Source: Anaerobiospirillum sp. (GTDB lineage Bacteria > Pseudomonadota > Gammaproteobacteria > Enterobacterales > Succinivibrionaceae). From it: a stretch of DNA of 24,000 bases. The stretch spans positions 15,830 through 39,829 of the forward strand of contig JARHZF010000143.1 of the NCBI GenBank assembly GCA_029258325.1, given 5' to 3'. The position numbers and the translations under genes are program-made. The notes beneath the pieces were generated by a model. That model was given only the letters and a program-made list of their open reading frames with translations, searched no databases and was not told the origin of the DNA. This document shows, in pieces, positions 1-12,552 of the stretch (position 1 is the stretch's first letter; each line of letters begins with the position of its first letter).

Positions 1-62
1 TAATAACATTATATTATACAGCATGTTCATATATTTAAAAATAATTTTCAAATAAGATGCAA

Positions 63-704
63 TTATTCTTCTTTAAAACCATCTAAAAGAGAGTTTATTA
101 AATCACCATGCTTTTCTATTATTTTTTCCTTTTTTTGTCTAGTTGAAAGAATAATAGATCTAAGTTCATTTAAACAAGTATCAAAATCATCATTAATTAA
201 AATATAATCATACTCATCATAATGAGAAATTTCTTTTTTAGCCTTATCCATACGTGAGGCTATAACCTCAGGGCTATCTTGACCACGTCCTACTAAACGA
301 GAATGAAGCTCATCAAGAGATGGAGGTAGAATAAATATTTTAATAGCATCAGGAGATTGCTCTTTAATAATACGAGCTCCTTGCCAATCTATATCAAAAA
401 GAACATCATAGCCATCATCTTGCCATTGCTCTACAATCTCACGAGATGTACCATAATAATTATCAAAAACTTGTGCATATTCATAAAAAGCTTCTTTCTC
501 AATTAAAGCTTTAAATTCATCAGTACTTACAAAATGATAACTCTCACCATTAACTTCGCCTACACGAGGATCACGTGTTGTATGTGATACAGATAAACGC
601 ATAGAATCGTCATTATTAAAACGGTTTAAAAGAGATTTAATTAAAGATGATTTGCCAGCACCACTTGGAGCTGATACTATAAATAAAGATCCTCTGCCTT
701 TCAT
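63..704 (-). CDS. gmk: guanylate kinase
   Basis: ORF track 63..716. P-loop [10 protein letters not shown] plus guanylate-kinase-like body ([28 protein letters not shown]). Likely true start is ATG 704..702 (MKGRGSLF...), preceded by GAGGA 5 nt upstream. The GTG at 716 lies inside engB. The engB stop TAA (708..706) ends 1 nt before this ATG, so the two genes look translationally coupled. Confidence 0.93.
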   Translation of the reverse strand: MKGRGSLFIVSAPSGAGKSSLIKSLLNRFNNDDSMRLSVSHTTRDPRVGEVNGESYHFVSTDEFKALIEKEAFYEYAQVFDNYYGTSREIVEQWQDDGYDVLFDIDWQGARIIKEQSPDAIKIFILPPSLDELHSRLVGRGQDSPEVIASRMDKAKKEISHYDEYDYILINDDFDTCLNELRSIILSTRQKKEKIIEKHGDLINSLLDGFKEE

Positions 705-705
705 T

Positions 706-1380
706 TTATTCCTCACTTTGCTCTTTTATATCAAAATTTGTTTCATCTAAAGATTCAGCTCCATGGAAATTAGTAAACCAATCTGTTAAAACATTTCTAG
801 TTTCTTCAATTCCTATTTTCTTTAGAGCAGAAAAAGCTATAACAGTGAAATTACCACCAAATTCAGATAGCTCAAATCTGATTTTTTGCACAGCTTCACG
901 TCTTGCATTTAGACCTAGTTTATCTGATTTTGTAAGTAATATAAGAGCTGGAATATTTGCAGCAAGTGACCAATCTATAATTACTCTATCATGATCTTTT
1001 AGTGGATGTCTTATATCCATAGTAATAACAATACCACGTAAGGCACGTCTTTTTTGGAGATAATCGCCCATGGATTTTTGCCAATCACGTTTCATAGTAG
1101 CAGGCACAGCTGCATAGCCATAACCTGGTAGATCTACTAAAGAGCAACCTTTACATACCTCAAAAAGATTAATAAGACGTGTTCTACCTGGAGTTCTTGA
1201 TGTTTTAGCAAGTCTTGATTGATCACAAATAGCGTTTAAAGAAGAAGATTTTCCTGAGTTTGATCTACCAGCAAAAGCTATTTCAGCACCTTGATCATCT
1301 GGAAGTTTAAATAAATCAGGTGCTGATGTAATAAATTTAGTTTTTCTAAAATCTATTTTTGTTTTATTAGTTGTATCCAT
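706..1380 (-). CDS. engB: ribosome-biogenesis GTPase EngB/YihA
   Basis: 224 aa. G1 [10 protein letters not shown]3 DLPGYG, G4 TKSDK; size and N-terminal FITSAP region are typical of EngB. A 9-bp inverted repeat (CTCATAAAT/ATTTATGAG, 1391-1410) sits in the 37-nt gap to the upstream gene. Confidence 0.92.
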   Translation of the reverse strand: MDTTNKTKIDFRKTKFITSAPDLFKLPDDQGAEIAFAGRSNSGKSSSLNAICDQSRLAKTSRTPGRTRLINLFEVCKGCSLVDLPGYGYAAVPATMKRDWQKSMGDYLQKRRALRGIVITMDIRHPLKDHDRVIIDWSLAANIPALILLTKSDKLGLNARREAVQKIRFELSEFGGNFTVIAFSALKKIGIEETRNVLTDWFTNFHGAESLDETNFDIKEQSEE

Positions 1381-1417
1381 TTATATATATCTCATAAATC
1401 AATTTATGAGTAATATT

Positions 1418-2038
1418 TTAGAGTTCACCATTAACTAGATCAAGTATATCATCTGGAGATAATTGAGAATGTTCTTGGAACTCTCTTACAACTGTAAAAT
1501 CAGTATCATCCATAGCAAGTTCTAAATAGAATACATTACTACCTTGAGTGAAGAATGTAATACGTCTTACTACAGGATTATCTAAAGTCATATTCATATT
1601 GATTTGTAACTCATGAGGTAGAGCTAACATCTTAGGTTGACTTTGGGTAATATTGCCATGAAGTTCAGCACTTACTTTACCTGTAAAATTACCAATCATT
1701 TGATTCATAAGCTCACCTAGAGAATTTTGCACTTCATCTGAAATGAATGTTGCATTAAAATCGCTAGCTGATAAGCCCATATTGGTCATATAAGCTGAAT
1801 ATAGTTCAAGAGCACTTTCTTTAGGGAAGTTAATTACAACCATACCAGAGAAAGAGCCACTAAAAAGAACAAAAGTACCAACATCAGGACGTAATGTTGT
1901 TTTTGATATTCTTTGAACCATTGGAGTATATCTAACTTGATTACCTGTAGCTGTTGTAAGTACAGATGTAACACTATCACAAAGTGAAAGCATAATATCA
2001 GCTGAAGTGATTACCTTTTCACCCTTATTATTTTCCAT
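1418..2038 (-). CDS. CheC/CheX/FliY-family (CheX-like) single-domain protein, function unknown (possibly DUF3334-type)
   Basis: ORF track 1418..2050. The ATG at 2038 (MENNKGEKV...) has GAGG 7 nt upstream, whereas the 2050 start is TTG. It contains E113-L-M-N116 followed by exactly 22 residues to P139 (GELMNQMIGNFTGKVSAELHGNITQSQP). This fits the E-X2-N-X22-P core of the published CheC/CheX/FliY phosphatase consensus [D/S]-X3-E-X2-N-X22-P. The -4 position is N and S is at -3. The family call was made by motif only. Confidence 0.6.
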   Translation of the reverse strand: MENNKGEKVITSADIMLSLCDSVTSVLTTATGNQVRYTPMVQRISKTTLRPDVGTFVLFSGSFSGMVVINFPKESALELYSAYMTNMGLSASDFNATFISDEVQNSLGELMNQMIGNFTGKVSAELHGNITQSQPKMLALPHELQINMNMTLDNPVVRRITFFTQGSNVFYLELAMDDTDFTVVREFQEHSQLSPDDILDLVNGEL

Positions 2039-2342
2039 GAATCGCCTCAAAGTTTAATTATTTGTTACTGTAAATAATTACAATAATCAATAAAATAATA
2101 TGATATTGTTTTTAATCTTTTATTTTTTATATGTTTAGATAACATAAAAGACAAAGAATTTGAAAGAAAACATAGTAAATTAGACATGTTTTTTATTCTT
2201 TGTTTATTAAAGTTATAATATAACAATGTTTAGATAAATTTAAAAGTCATTAAAAAATTATTTAAATAATAAAAAAAAGCAAAGATACAATATTGTTAAA
2301 GGATACTCTATACAAAAAATAATATATATGTTTAATTTCTAT

Positions 2343-2388
2343 AATGCTTCTAAAATAACTCTTTTAGAAGCATTGTTGTTATTTTTTT
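2343..2388. terminator. 13-bp perfect hairpin at the glnG 3' end
   Basis: AATGCTTCTAAAA (2343-2355), loop TAACTC, TTTTAGAAGCATT (2362-2374). It starts 12 nt after the glnG stop (2389..2387), so it is the obvious glnG terminator. However, the U-rich tract (GTTGTTATTTTTTT, 2375-2388) is on the plus-strand side. The minus-strand side is followed by AUAGAAAUUAAAC. Confidence 0.6.
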
Positions 2389-3811
2389 ATATATTTAAAT
2401 TTAAGTCTTTAATTTTTCTAGTTAAAGTATTTCTACCCCAACCTAGAAGTTTTGCAGACTCTTGTTTGTGATTGCCTGTATAAGCCATAGCAGCCTCAAG
2501 CATTACTTTTTCAAACTCAGGAACAGCTTCAGATAAAATATCAACTTCACCTGCTTTAAGTCTTCCATCAACCCAATTTCTAAGTTGTTCTTGCCATGAA
2601 ACTTGAGTTTTTGAGGTACCAGATATAGATGTTGCTATCTTTACTTGATTGTTCTTTGCATGTAAAAACTCAGATGGTAGATCTGATAGTTGAATATCAC
2701 GACCTGTTACCATAATAGTTAAATATTTACATAAGTTTTTAAGTTGACGAACATTACCTGGCCATTGTTGGCGACATAAAAATACTAAAACCTCTGATGT
2801 TAGTTTTTTAGGTTCTGTATTGTTTTCAAGAGCACTTTGATTTAAAAAGTGTTTTGCAAGCATTGGTATGTCATTATTTCTATCACGAAGAGGTGGCATA
2901 TTTATATGTATTACATTTAATCTATAATATAAATCAGATATAAATGAGCCATTTTCAACTAAATCTTCAATTTGTAAAGAAGTTGCAACTAAAACTCTAA
3001 CATTACATTTAGTTGGTTTATTAGCACCAACAGCAAGGTATTCTTGATCTTGTAAAACTTGTAATAATCTTGTTTGTACCTCAAGAGGCATATCACAAAT
3101 TTCATTTATAAATAAAGTACCACCATTTGCTCTTGCAATAGCTGATTCATTAAAACTTACATCATCAATCCTACCAAATAACTCTAATGCTATATTATCT
3201 TGTGGTATAGATGACATATTGATAGAGATAAAGTTTTCTTTTTGTCTATCTGAGTGATTGTGTAGAGCAAGAGCTACAAGTTCACGACCTGTACCTGTTT
3301 CACCATGAATTAAAACAGGAACTTCACTTTTTGATACTCTGCCTATAAATTTAAAAACCTCTTGCATAGCAGGAGATTTTCCAATAATTTCAGCATCACC
3401 TATCATAGGGGTATCTGTATTTGGAGTGATCTTTTTTTGCATATTTACTCTATGAACAGCAGCACGTCTAATTAAAGACACAGCTTGCTCAATATCAAAA
3501 GGTTTTGGTAAATATTCAAAAGTACCATTTTCATATGAATCAATTGCAGCTGTTAAATCAGAGTGAGCTGTAATAATGATAAATGGAATATTCTCATCTA
3601 TTTCATGAACTTTTTTTATTAAAGAAAGACCATCTGTACCAGGCATATTTATATCAGAGACAATAACATCAGGACGTTCTGTTTCAAGTGCTTGTAATGC
3701 CTGATCTCCAGTCTCAAAAAGGCGATGAGTTATATTATTTACAGTTAGAGTTTTACCAAATACAAATCTGATGCTTGAATCATCGTCAATCACCCAAATC
3801 ATAGGATTCAT
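2387..3811 (-). CDS. glnG: NtrC-family response regulator (nitrogen regulation protein NR-I) with degenerate AAA+ core
   Basis: 474 aa, colinear with E. coli NtrC as recalled. The receiver is intact (DDD at 9-11, VSD53INMPG, TAHS, LPKPF). The C-terminal HTH HKQESAKLLGWGRNTLTRKIKDL is nearly identical to E. coli HKQEAARLLGWGRNTLTRKLKEL. The gene lies directly downstream of glnL, with RBS GAGAGGAA. Central-domain motifs are altered (see findings). Confidence 0.88.
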   Translation of the reverse strand: MNPMIWVIDDDSSIRFVFGKTLTVNNITHRLFETGDQALQALETERPDVIVSDINMPGTDGLSLIKKVHEIDENIPFIIITAHSDLTAAIDSYENGTFEYLPKPFDIEQAVSLIRRAAVHRVNMQKKITPNTDTPMIGDAEIIGKSPAMQEVFKFIGRVSKSEVPVLIHGETGTGRELVALALHNHSDRQKENFISINMSSIPQDNIALELFGRIDDVSFNESAIARANGGTLFINEICDMPLEVQTRLLQVLQDQEYLAVGANKPTKCNVRVLVATSLQIEDLVENGSFISDLYYRLNVIHINMPPLRDRNNDIPMLAKHFLNQSALENNTEPKKLTSEVLVFLCRQQWPGNVRQLKNLCKYLTIMVTGRDIQLSDLPSEFLHAKNNQVKIATSISGTSKTQVSWQEQLRNWVDGRLKAGEVDILSEAVPEFEKVMLEAAMAYTGNHKQESAKLLGWGRNTLTRKIKDLNLNI

Positions 3812-3833
3812 TGTATATTCCTCTCTTTTAGGT

Positions 3834-4907
3834 TTAGAATTTTAATTTCTTTAAAGGTAAGATAATTTTAAATGTGGTATTACCTTTTTCACTTTCACAC
3901 TCAATGGTACCATTGTGTCTTTCTACTATATTTTGAGCTATAGATAGTCCAAGTCCAGTTCCATTTTGGCGTGATGTAACCATAGGATAAAAAATAGTTT
4001 GTTTAATACTCTCAGGAATGCCAGGTCCATTATCTGTTATAGATACAACAATAGATGTTGGATATTTAATTCTATTTATAAGAACACCAGCAGTTGCTCT
4101 TGTTACAATTTTAATTGTAGGATGAGATGTATTTGACTCAGTTAAAGCTTGAACAGCATTACTTATAATGTTTAAAAGAGCTTGTTCTATTGCATGCTCA
4201 TCCATTTCTATTTCAGGTAAGGATGGATCATAATCTTTTTCAAAGCGTATATTATCTAAAGTTTCCATTTGCAAAAGAGATAATACTTTCTCGATAATAT
4301 AGTGAATATTGCAAGAAACAAGAGGATTAGGTCTTTGAGGTCCTAATAGATTATCAACTAAAGTCTTAAGTCTATCAGTTTGCTCAATAATAACTTTAGT
4401 GTATTCTTTTATAGAGACTTCTTTACCAAACTCCATATCAAGGAGTTGAGCCGCACCTCTTATACCACCTAGTGGATTTTTGATTTCATGAGCAAGTGAT
4501 CTAATTAAATCTCTTGCAGCAATAGATTGTGTTCTTCTTTGTAAATCATCATTCATCTTATTAAAATAATTATTAGATCTTAATTCGATGACTAATCCTT
4601 TACTTCTGCCACTATAAGCAGAGATATTCATATCAACACGTACATTGATAAAAGGTTCAAGTTTAATGCAGACATCAGCTGCACTAAAGCTTTGGAAATC
4701 TTTTTTTAATGCATTTGTTAGACTATCTATTAACTGTTTTTGATCTTTATCAATAATATCTAATAATTTTAAAGATATTATTTTGGATTTTGACATACAA
4801 AAAAGATGCTCTGCCGCATTATTAGCACTAACAATTCTTAATTGAGAATCAGTTACTAATACTGTTGTAGATATGCTTTCAAGGATTAGATTTGCATCAT
4901 ATTGCAT
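3834..4907 (-). CDS. glnL: nitrogen-regulation sensor histidine kinase NtrB (NR-II)
   Basis: ORF track 3834..4919 (TTG). The ATG at 4907 (MQYDANLILESI...) has GAGG 6 nt upstream. H-box LAHEIKNPLGGIRGAAQLL matches E. coli NtrB LAHEIKNPLGGLRGAAQLL. Also present: EYTKVIIEQTDRL, N-box LLNIISNAVQA, G-boxes DNGPGIP and GTGLGLSIA. Confidence 0.93.
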   Translation of the reverse strand: MQYDANLILESISTTVLVTDSQLRIVSANNAAEHLFCMSKSKIISLKLLDIIDKDQKQLIDSLTNALKKDFQSFSAADVCIKLEPFINVRVDMNISAYSGRSKGLVIELRSNNYFNKMNDDLQRRTQSIAARDLIRSLAHEIKNPLGGIRGAAQLLDMEFGKEVSIKEYTKVIIEQTDRLKTLVDNLLGPQRPNPLVSCNIHYIIEKVLSLLQMETLDNIRFEKDYDPSLPEIEMDEHAIEQALLNIISNAVQALTESNTSHPTIKIVTRATAGVLINRIKYPTSIVVSITDNGPGIPESIKQTIFYPMVTSRQNGTGLGLSIAQNIVERHNGTIECESEKGNTTFKIILPLKKLKF

Positions 4908-4935
4908 GTACAGCCTCAACGTAATAAAAAAAACA

Positions 4936-4952
4936 GATCAATTTTAGTGCAT
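4936..4952 (-). promoter_or_regulatory. candidate NtrC-binding site overlapping the glnL promoter/leader
   Basis: Read in the glnL direction it is ATGCACTAAAATTGATC. The first half-site TGCACTA matches the enterobacterial NtrC site consensus TGCACCA-N3-TGGTGCA, and the second half is weak. It lies 29-45 nt upstream of the glnL ATG. The GCACTAAAAT core is shared with sites at 5038-5055 and 14748-14764. Confidence 0.45.
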
Positions 4953-5021
4953 ATTTTAAACGTTAATCTTTAATAATGATCAATATTTTTTCATTTTGTA
5001 TCTTTTTATAGCTATTGATAT

Positions 5022-5055
5022 ATTGTAGTGCGATATTTTCACTATTTTAGTGCGT
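5022..5055 (-). promoter_or_regulatory. candidate tandem NtrC-binding sites upstream of glnL
   Basis: Read in the glnL direction it is ACGCACTAAAATAGTGAAAATATCGCACTACAAT. The first unit, GCAC-TAAAATA-GTG, has both half-sites (compare E. coli glnA site AGCACTATATTGGTGCA). The second unit (GCACTACAAT) is a half-site whose GCAC lies 22 nt further on. Confidence 0.5.
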
Positions 5056-5138
5056 TTTTATTTTGGTAAAAGCTTAAGATTTAAGGGATATTTATAGTTA
5101 AATTATTGATTTATAAAAATTTACTTAATTTTTTTAAT

Positions 5139-5167
5139 AAAAAAAACAGACCATTTTAGGTCTGTTT
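5139..5167 (-). terminator. rho-independent terminator of ebgR
   Basis: AAACAGACC (5144-5152), loop ATTTTA, GGTCTGTTT (5159-5167). The run of 8 A on the plus strand (5139-5146) gives a U-tract on the minus-strand transcript. It starts 7 nt after the ebgR stop. Confidence 0.8.
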
Positions 5168-5173
5168 CTCTTA

Positions 5174-6160
<987 letters not shown>

Positions 6161-6205
6161 TTAAAATGTACAATCCTTTATACTATCTAGTAGAATTAAA
6201 TTTCT

Positions 6206-6234
6206 ATGTTAGCAAAAAAAATCTTATATTTCAA
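6206..6234 (-). promoter_or_regulatory. candidate sigma70 promoter of ebgR
   Basis: On the minus strand: TTGAAA (6234..6229), a 17-nt spacer, TAACAT (6211..6206). This predicts a 5' UTR of about 40 nt. AT-rich background makes chance matches likely. Confidence 0.35.
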
Positions 6235-6238
6235 ATTG

Positions 6239-6258
6239 TTTTACTAAAATTAGTAAAT
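6239..6258. promoter_or_regulatory. everted copy of the ebg palindrome half-sites just upstream of the ebgR -35
   Basis: TTTTACTA-AAAT-TAGTAAAT. These are the same 8-mers as the TAGTAAAA/TTTTACTA operator arms, but in the opposite relative order. Confidence 0.3.
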
Positions 6259-6346
6259 TAAACATATAGAATAAAAAAAATATAAAAAACAAAGTATTAT
6301 CATATTTTATATAAAATAATATGTATATATTAATTTAAAATATTAA

Positions 6347-6754
<408 letters not shown>

Positions 6755-6785
6755 GTTAGTTTGTTTAGTTAGTCTATAAAGTCTT

Positions 6786-6824
6786 AGTTACTCTTTATTT
6801 TTACAAAATAAAGAGTAACTTTTT
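6786..6824 (+). terminator. rho-independent terminator of ygjH
   Basis: 14-bp perfect stem AGTTACTCTTTATT (6786-6799), loop TTTACAA, AATAAAGAGTAACT (6807-6820), then TTTT. Confidence 0.8.
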
Positions 6825-6834
6825 AATAAAAAAT

Positions 6835-6850
6835 AAGTAAAATTTTACTA
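6835..6850. promoter_or_regulatory. orphan near-perfect copy of the ebg palindrome between two terminators
   Basis: AAGTAAAATTTTACTA matches the palindrome at 15 of 16 positions. The 3' flank is also shared with the 6376 copy: AGTAAAATTTTACTAT[A/G]TTTTTT(T)G. Confidence 0.4.
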
Positions 6851-6932
6851 TATTTTTTTGCGTGTTTTTTCCATATATTTAACATTTATTTTTCTATACA
6901 AAAATACTTTTTCTAGATTAGAGATAATAAAA

Positions 6933-6966
6933 AAAAGCCTAGCTCTTAATTGAACTAGGCTTTTTT
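6933..6966. terminator. bidirectional rho-independent terminator (ends the ebg operon after ygjI)
   Basis: AAAAGCCTAG (6933-6942), a 12-nt loop, CTAGGCTTTT (6955-6964). It is flanked by an A-run upstream and a T-run downstream, so it can act on either strand. It lies 47 nt after the ygjI stop. Confidence 0.8.
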
Positions 6967-7012
6967 GATATTTTCGTTAACGCAAAACTTATAAAGTTAT
7001 GTTATGGATATA

Positions 7013-8491
<1,479 letters not shown>

Positions 8492-8508
8492 TTATGTAAT
8501 TTAAATAA

Positions 8509-8534
8509 ATGTATGAGCCTTATGACTCATACAT
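8509..8534 (-). other. intercistronic hairpin between ebgC and ygjI
   Basis: ATGTATGAG (8509-8517), an 8-nt loop, CTCATACAT (8526-8534), starting 8 nt after the ebgC stop. It is followed on the minus strand by UUAUUUAAAUUAC. It could be a partial terminator or an mRNA-stability element. Confidence 0.4.
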
Positions 8535-8541
8535 CTTTAAA

Positions 8542-8994
<453 letters not shown>

Positions 8995-9011
8995 TTATCT
9001 ATGCCTCTCTC

Positions 9012-12097
<3,086 letters not shown>

Positions 12098-12143
12098 AAA
12101 ACTAAATCATATATTTTATATTTTTATTAACTGCTAAAGATTT

Positions 12144-12160
12144 TAGTAAAATTTTTACTA
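12144..12160. promoter_or_regulatory. candidate primary EbgR operator of the ebgA-ebgC-ygjI operon
   Basis: TAGTAAAA-T-TTTTACTA has perfect 8-bp arms around a single central base. It lies between the candidate promoter/CRP site and the ebgA RBS, 82-98 nt upstream of the start codon. Confidence 0.55.
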
Positions 12161-12184
12161 AAAAAGAATAATTGAAGTTGCGAA

Positions 12185-12206
12185 ATTTTAACCAAGTCAC
12201 TATATA
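12185..12206 (-). promoter_or_regulatory. candidate -10 elements of the ebgA promoter
   Basis: On the minus strand, TATATA (12206..12201) would put the CRP site centre at about -41.5 (class II geometry). TAAAAT (12190..12185) would put it near -58 (class-I-like). No good -35 is present, as expected for an activator-dependent promoter. I cannot choose between the two from sequence alone. Confidence 0.3.
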
Positions 12207-12224
12207 AAATTATTTTTTTTGAAA

Positions 12225-12246
12225 ATATGTGACTAAGCTCATAAAA
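12225..12246. promoter_or_regulatory. CRP (cAMP receptor protein) binding site
   Basis: ATA-TGTGA-CTAAGC-TCATA-AAA compared with the consensus AAA-TGTGA-N6-TCACA-TTT. It matches 9 of 10 core positions with correct 6-bp spacing, upstream of ebgA. Confidence 0.6.
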
Positions 12247-12377
12247 AATAAATAACTTATAGAACTTGATAAATATCTATTTTTATTATGGATTAGATAG
12301 GGGTTATTTTTATTCTTATTTATATTTTTATATTACTTTTGTAAATAAAATTTTTAAGTAAAAGTATAAAATATTTA

Positions 12378-12394
12378 TAGATAAAATTTTACTT
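12378..12394. promoter_or_regulatory. possible auxiliary operator-like site
   Basis: TAGATAAAATTTTACTT has a perfect right half (AAAATTTTACT) and a degenerate left half. It lies about 235 bp upstream of the 12144 site. AAGTAAAA at 12356-12363 is also the exact inverted partner of TTTTACTT at 12387-12394. Confidence 0.25.
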
Positions 12395-12473
12395 TTGCTT
12401 ATATTTATTTATACTTTATTTAATTTTTAGTGTATGTTTTTTAGAATTTTATAAGATACTTTTATTTATTTTA

Positions 12474-12513
12474 GATAAAAAAATGACCTCTATAAAATTT
12501 ATAAAGGTCATTT
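12474..12513 (-). terminator. rho-independent terminator of typA
   Basis: AAATGACCT (12481-12489) pairs with AGGTCATTT (12505-12513), with an extendable inner TATAAA/TTTATA pairing. On the minus strand the stem is followed by UUUUAUCU, and together with the stem UUU this gives a U7 run. It lies 40 nt after the typA stop. Confidence 0.8.
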
Positions 12514-12552
12514 ATTCATTTTTATAAGATATTGTTGTTTATCAATATATTA

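Noticed and set aside
2066-2085. LexA/SOS-box-like sequence TACTGTAAATAATTACAATA (CTGT-N8-ACAA) 28 nt upstream of the CheX-like gene.
   Set aside because: The invariant ACAG is ACAA. The AT-rich spacer is what this genome produces by chance, and there is no SOS-related rationale for this operon. I would only revisit it if a genome-wide LexA matrix scores it highly.
2065-2187. 40-codon minus-strand ORF (MSNLLCFLSNSLSFMLSKHIKN...) in the spacer upstream of the CheX-like gene.
   Set aside because: It has no SD, is below the ORF-track threshold, and shows a low-complexity AT-driven sequence. It would overlap the likely promoter of the downstream operon.
4680-4689. TGCACTAAAG inside the glnL coding region (plus strand), resembling the NtrC-like motif.
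   Set aside because: It is an intragenic, single half-site on the antisense strand with no partner half-site. This is most simply chance.
5115-5128. AAAAATTTACTTAA downstream of ebgR, weakly resembling the right half of the ebg palindrome.
   Set aside because: Only the TTTACT core matches, there is no inverted partner, and the match is indistinguishable from AT-rich background.
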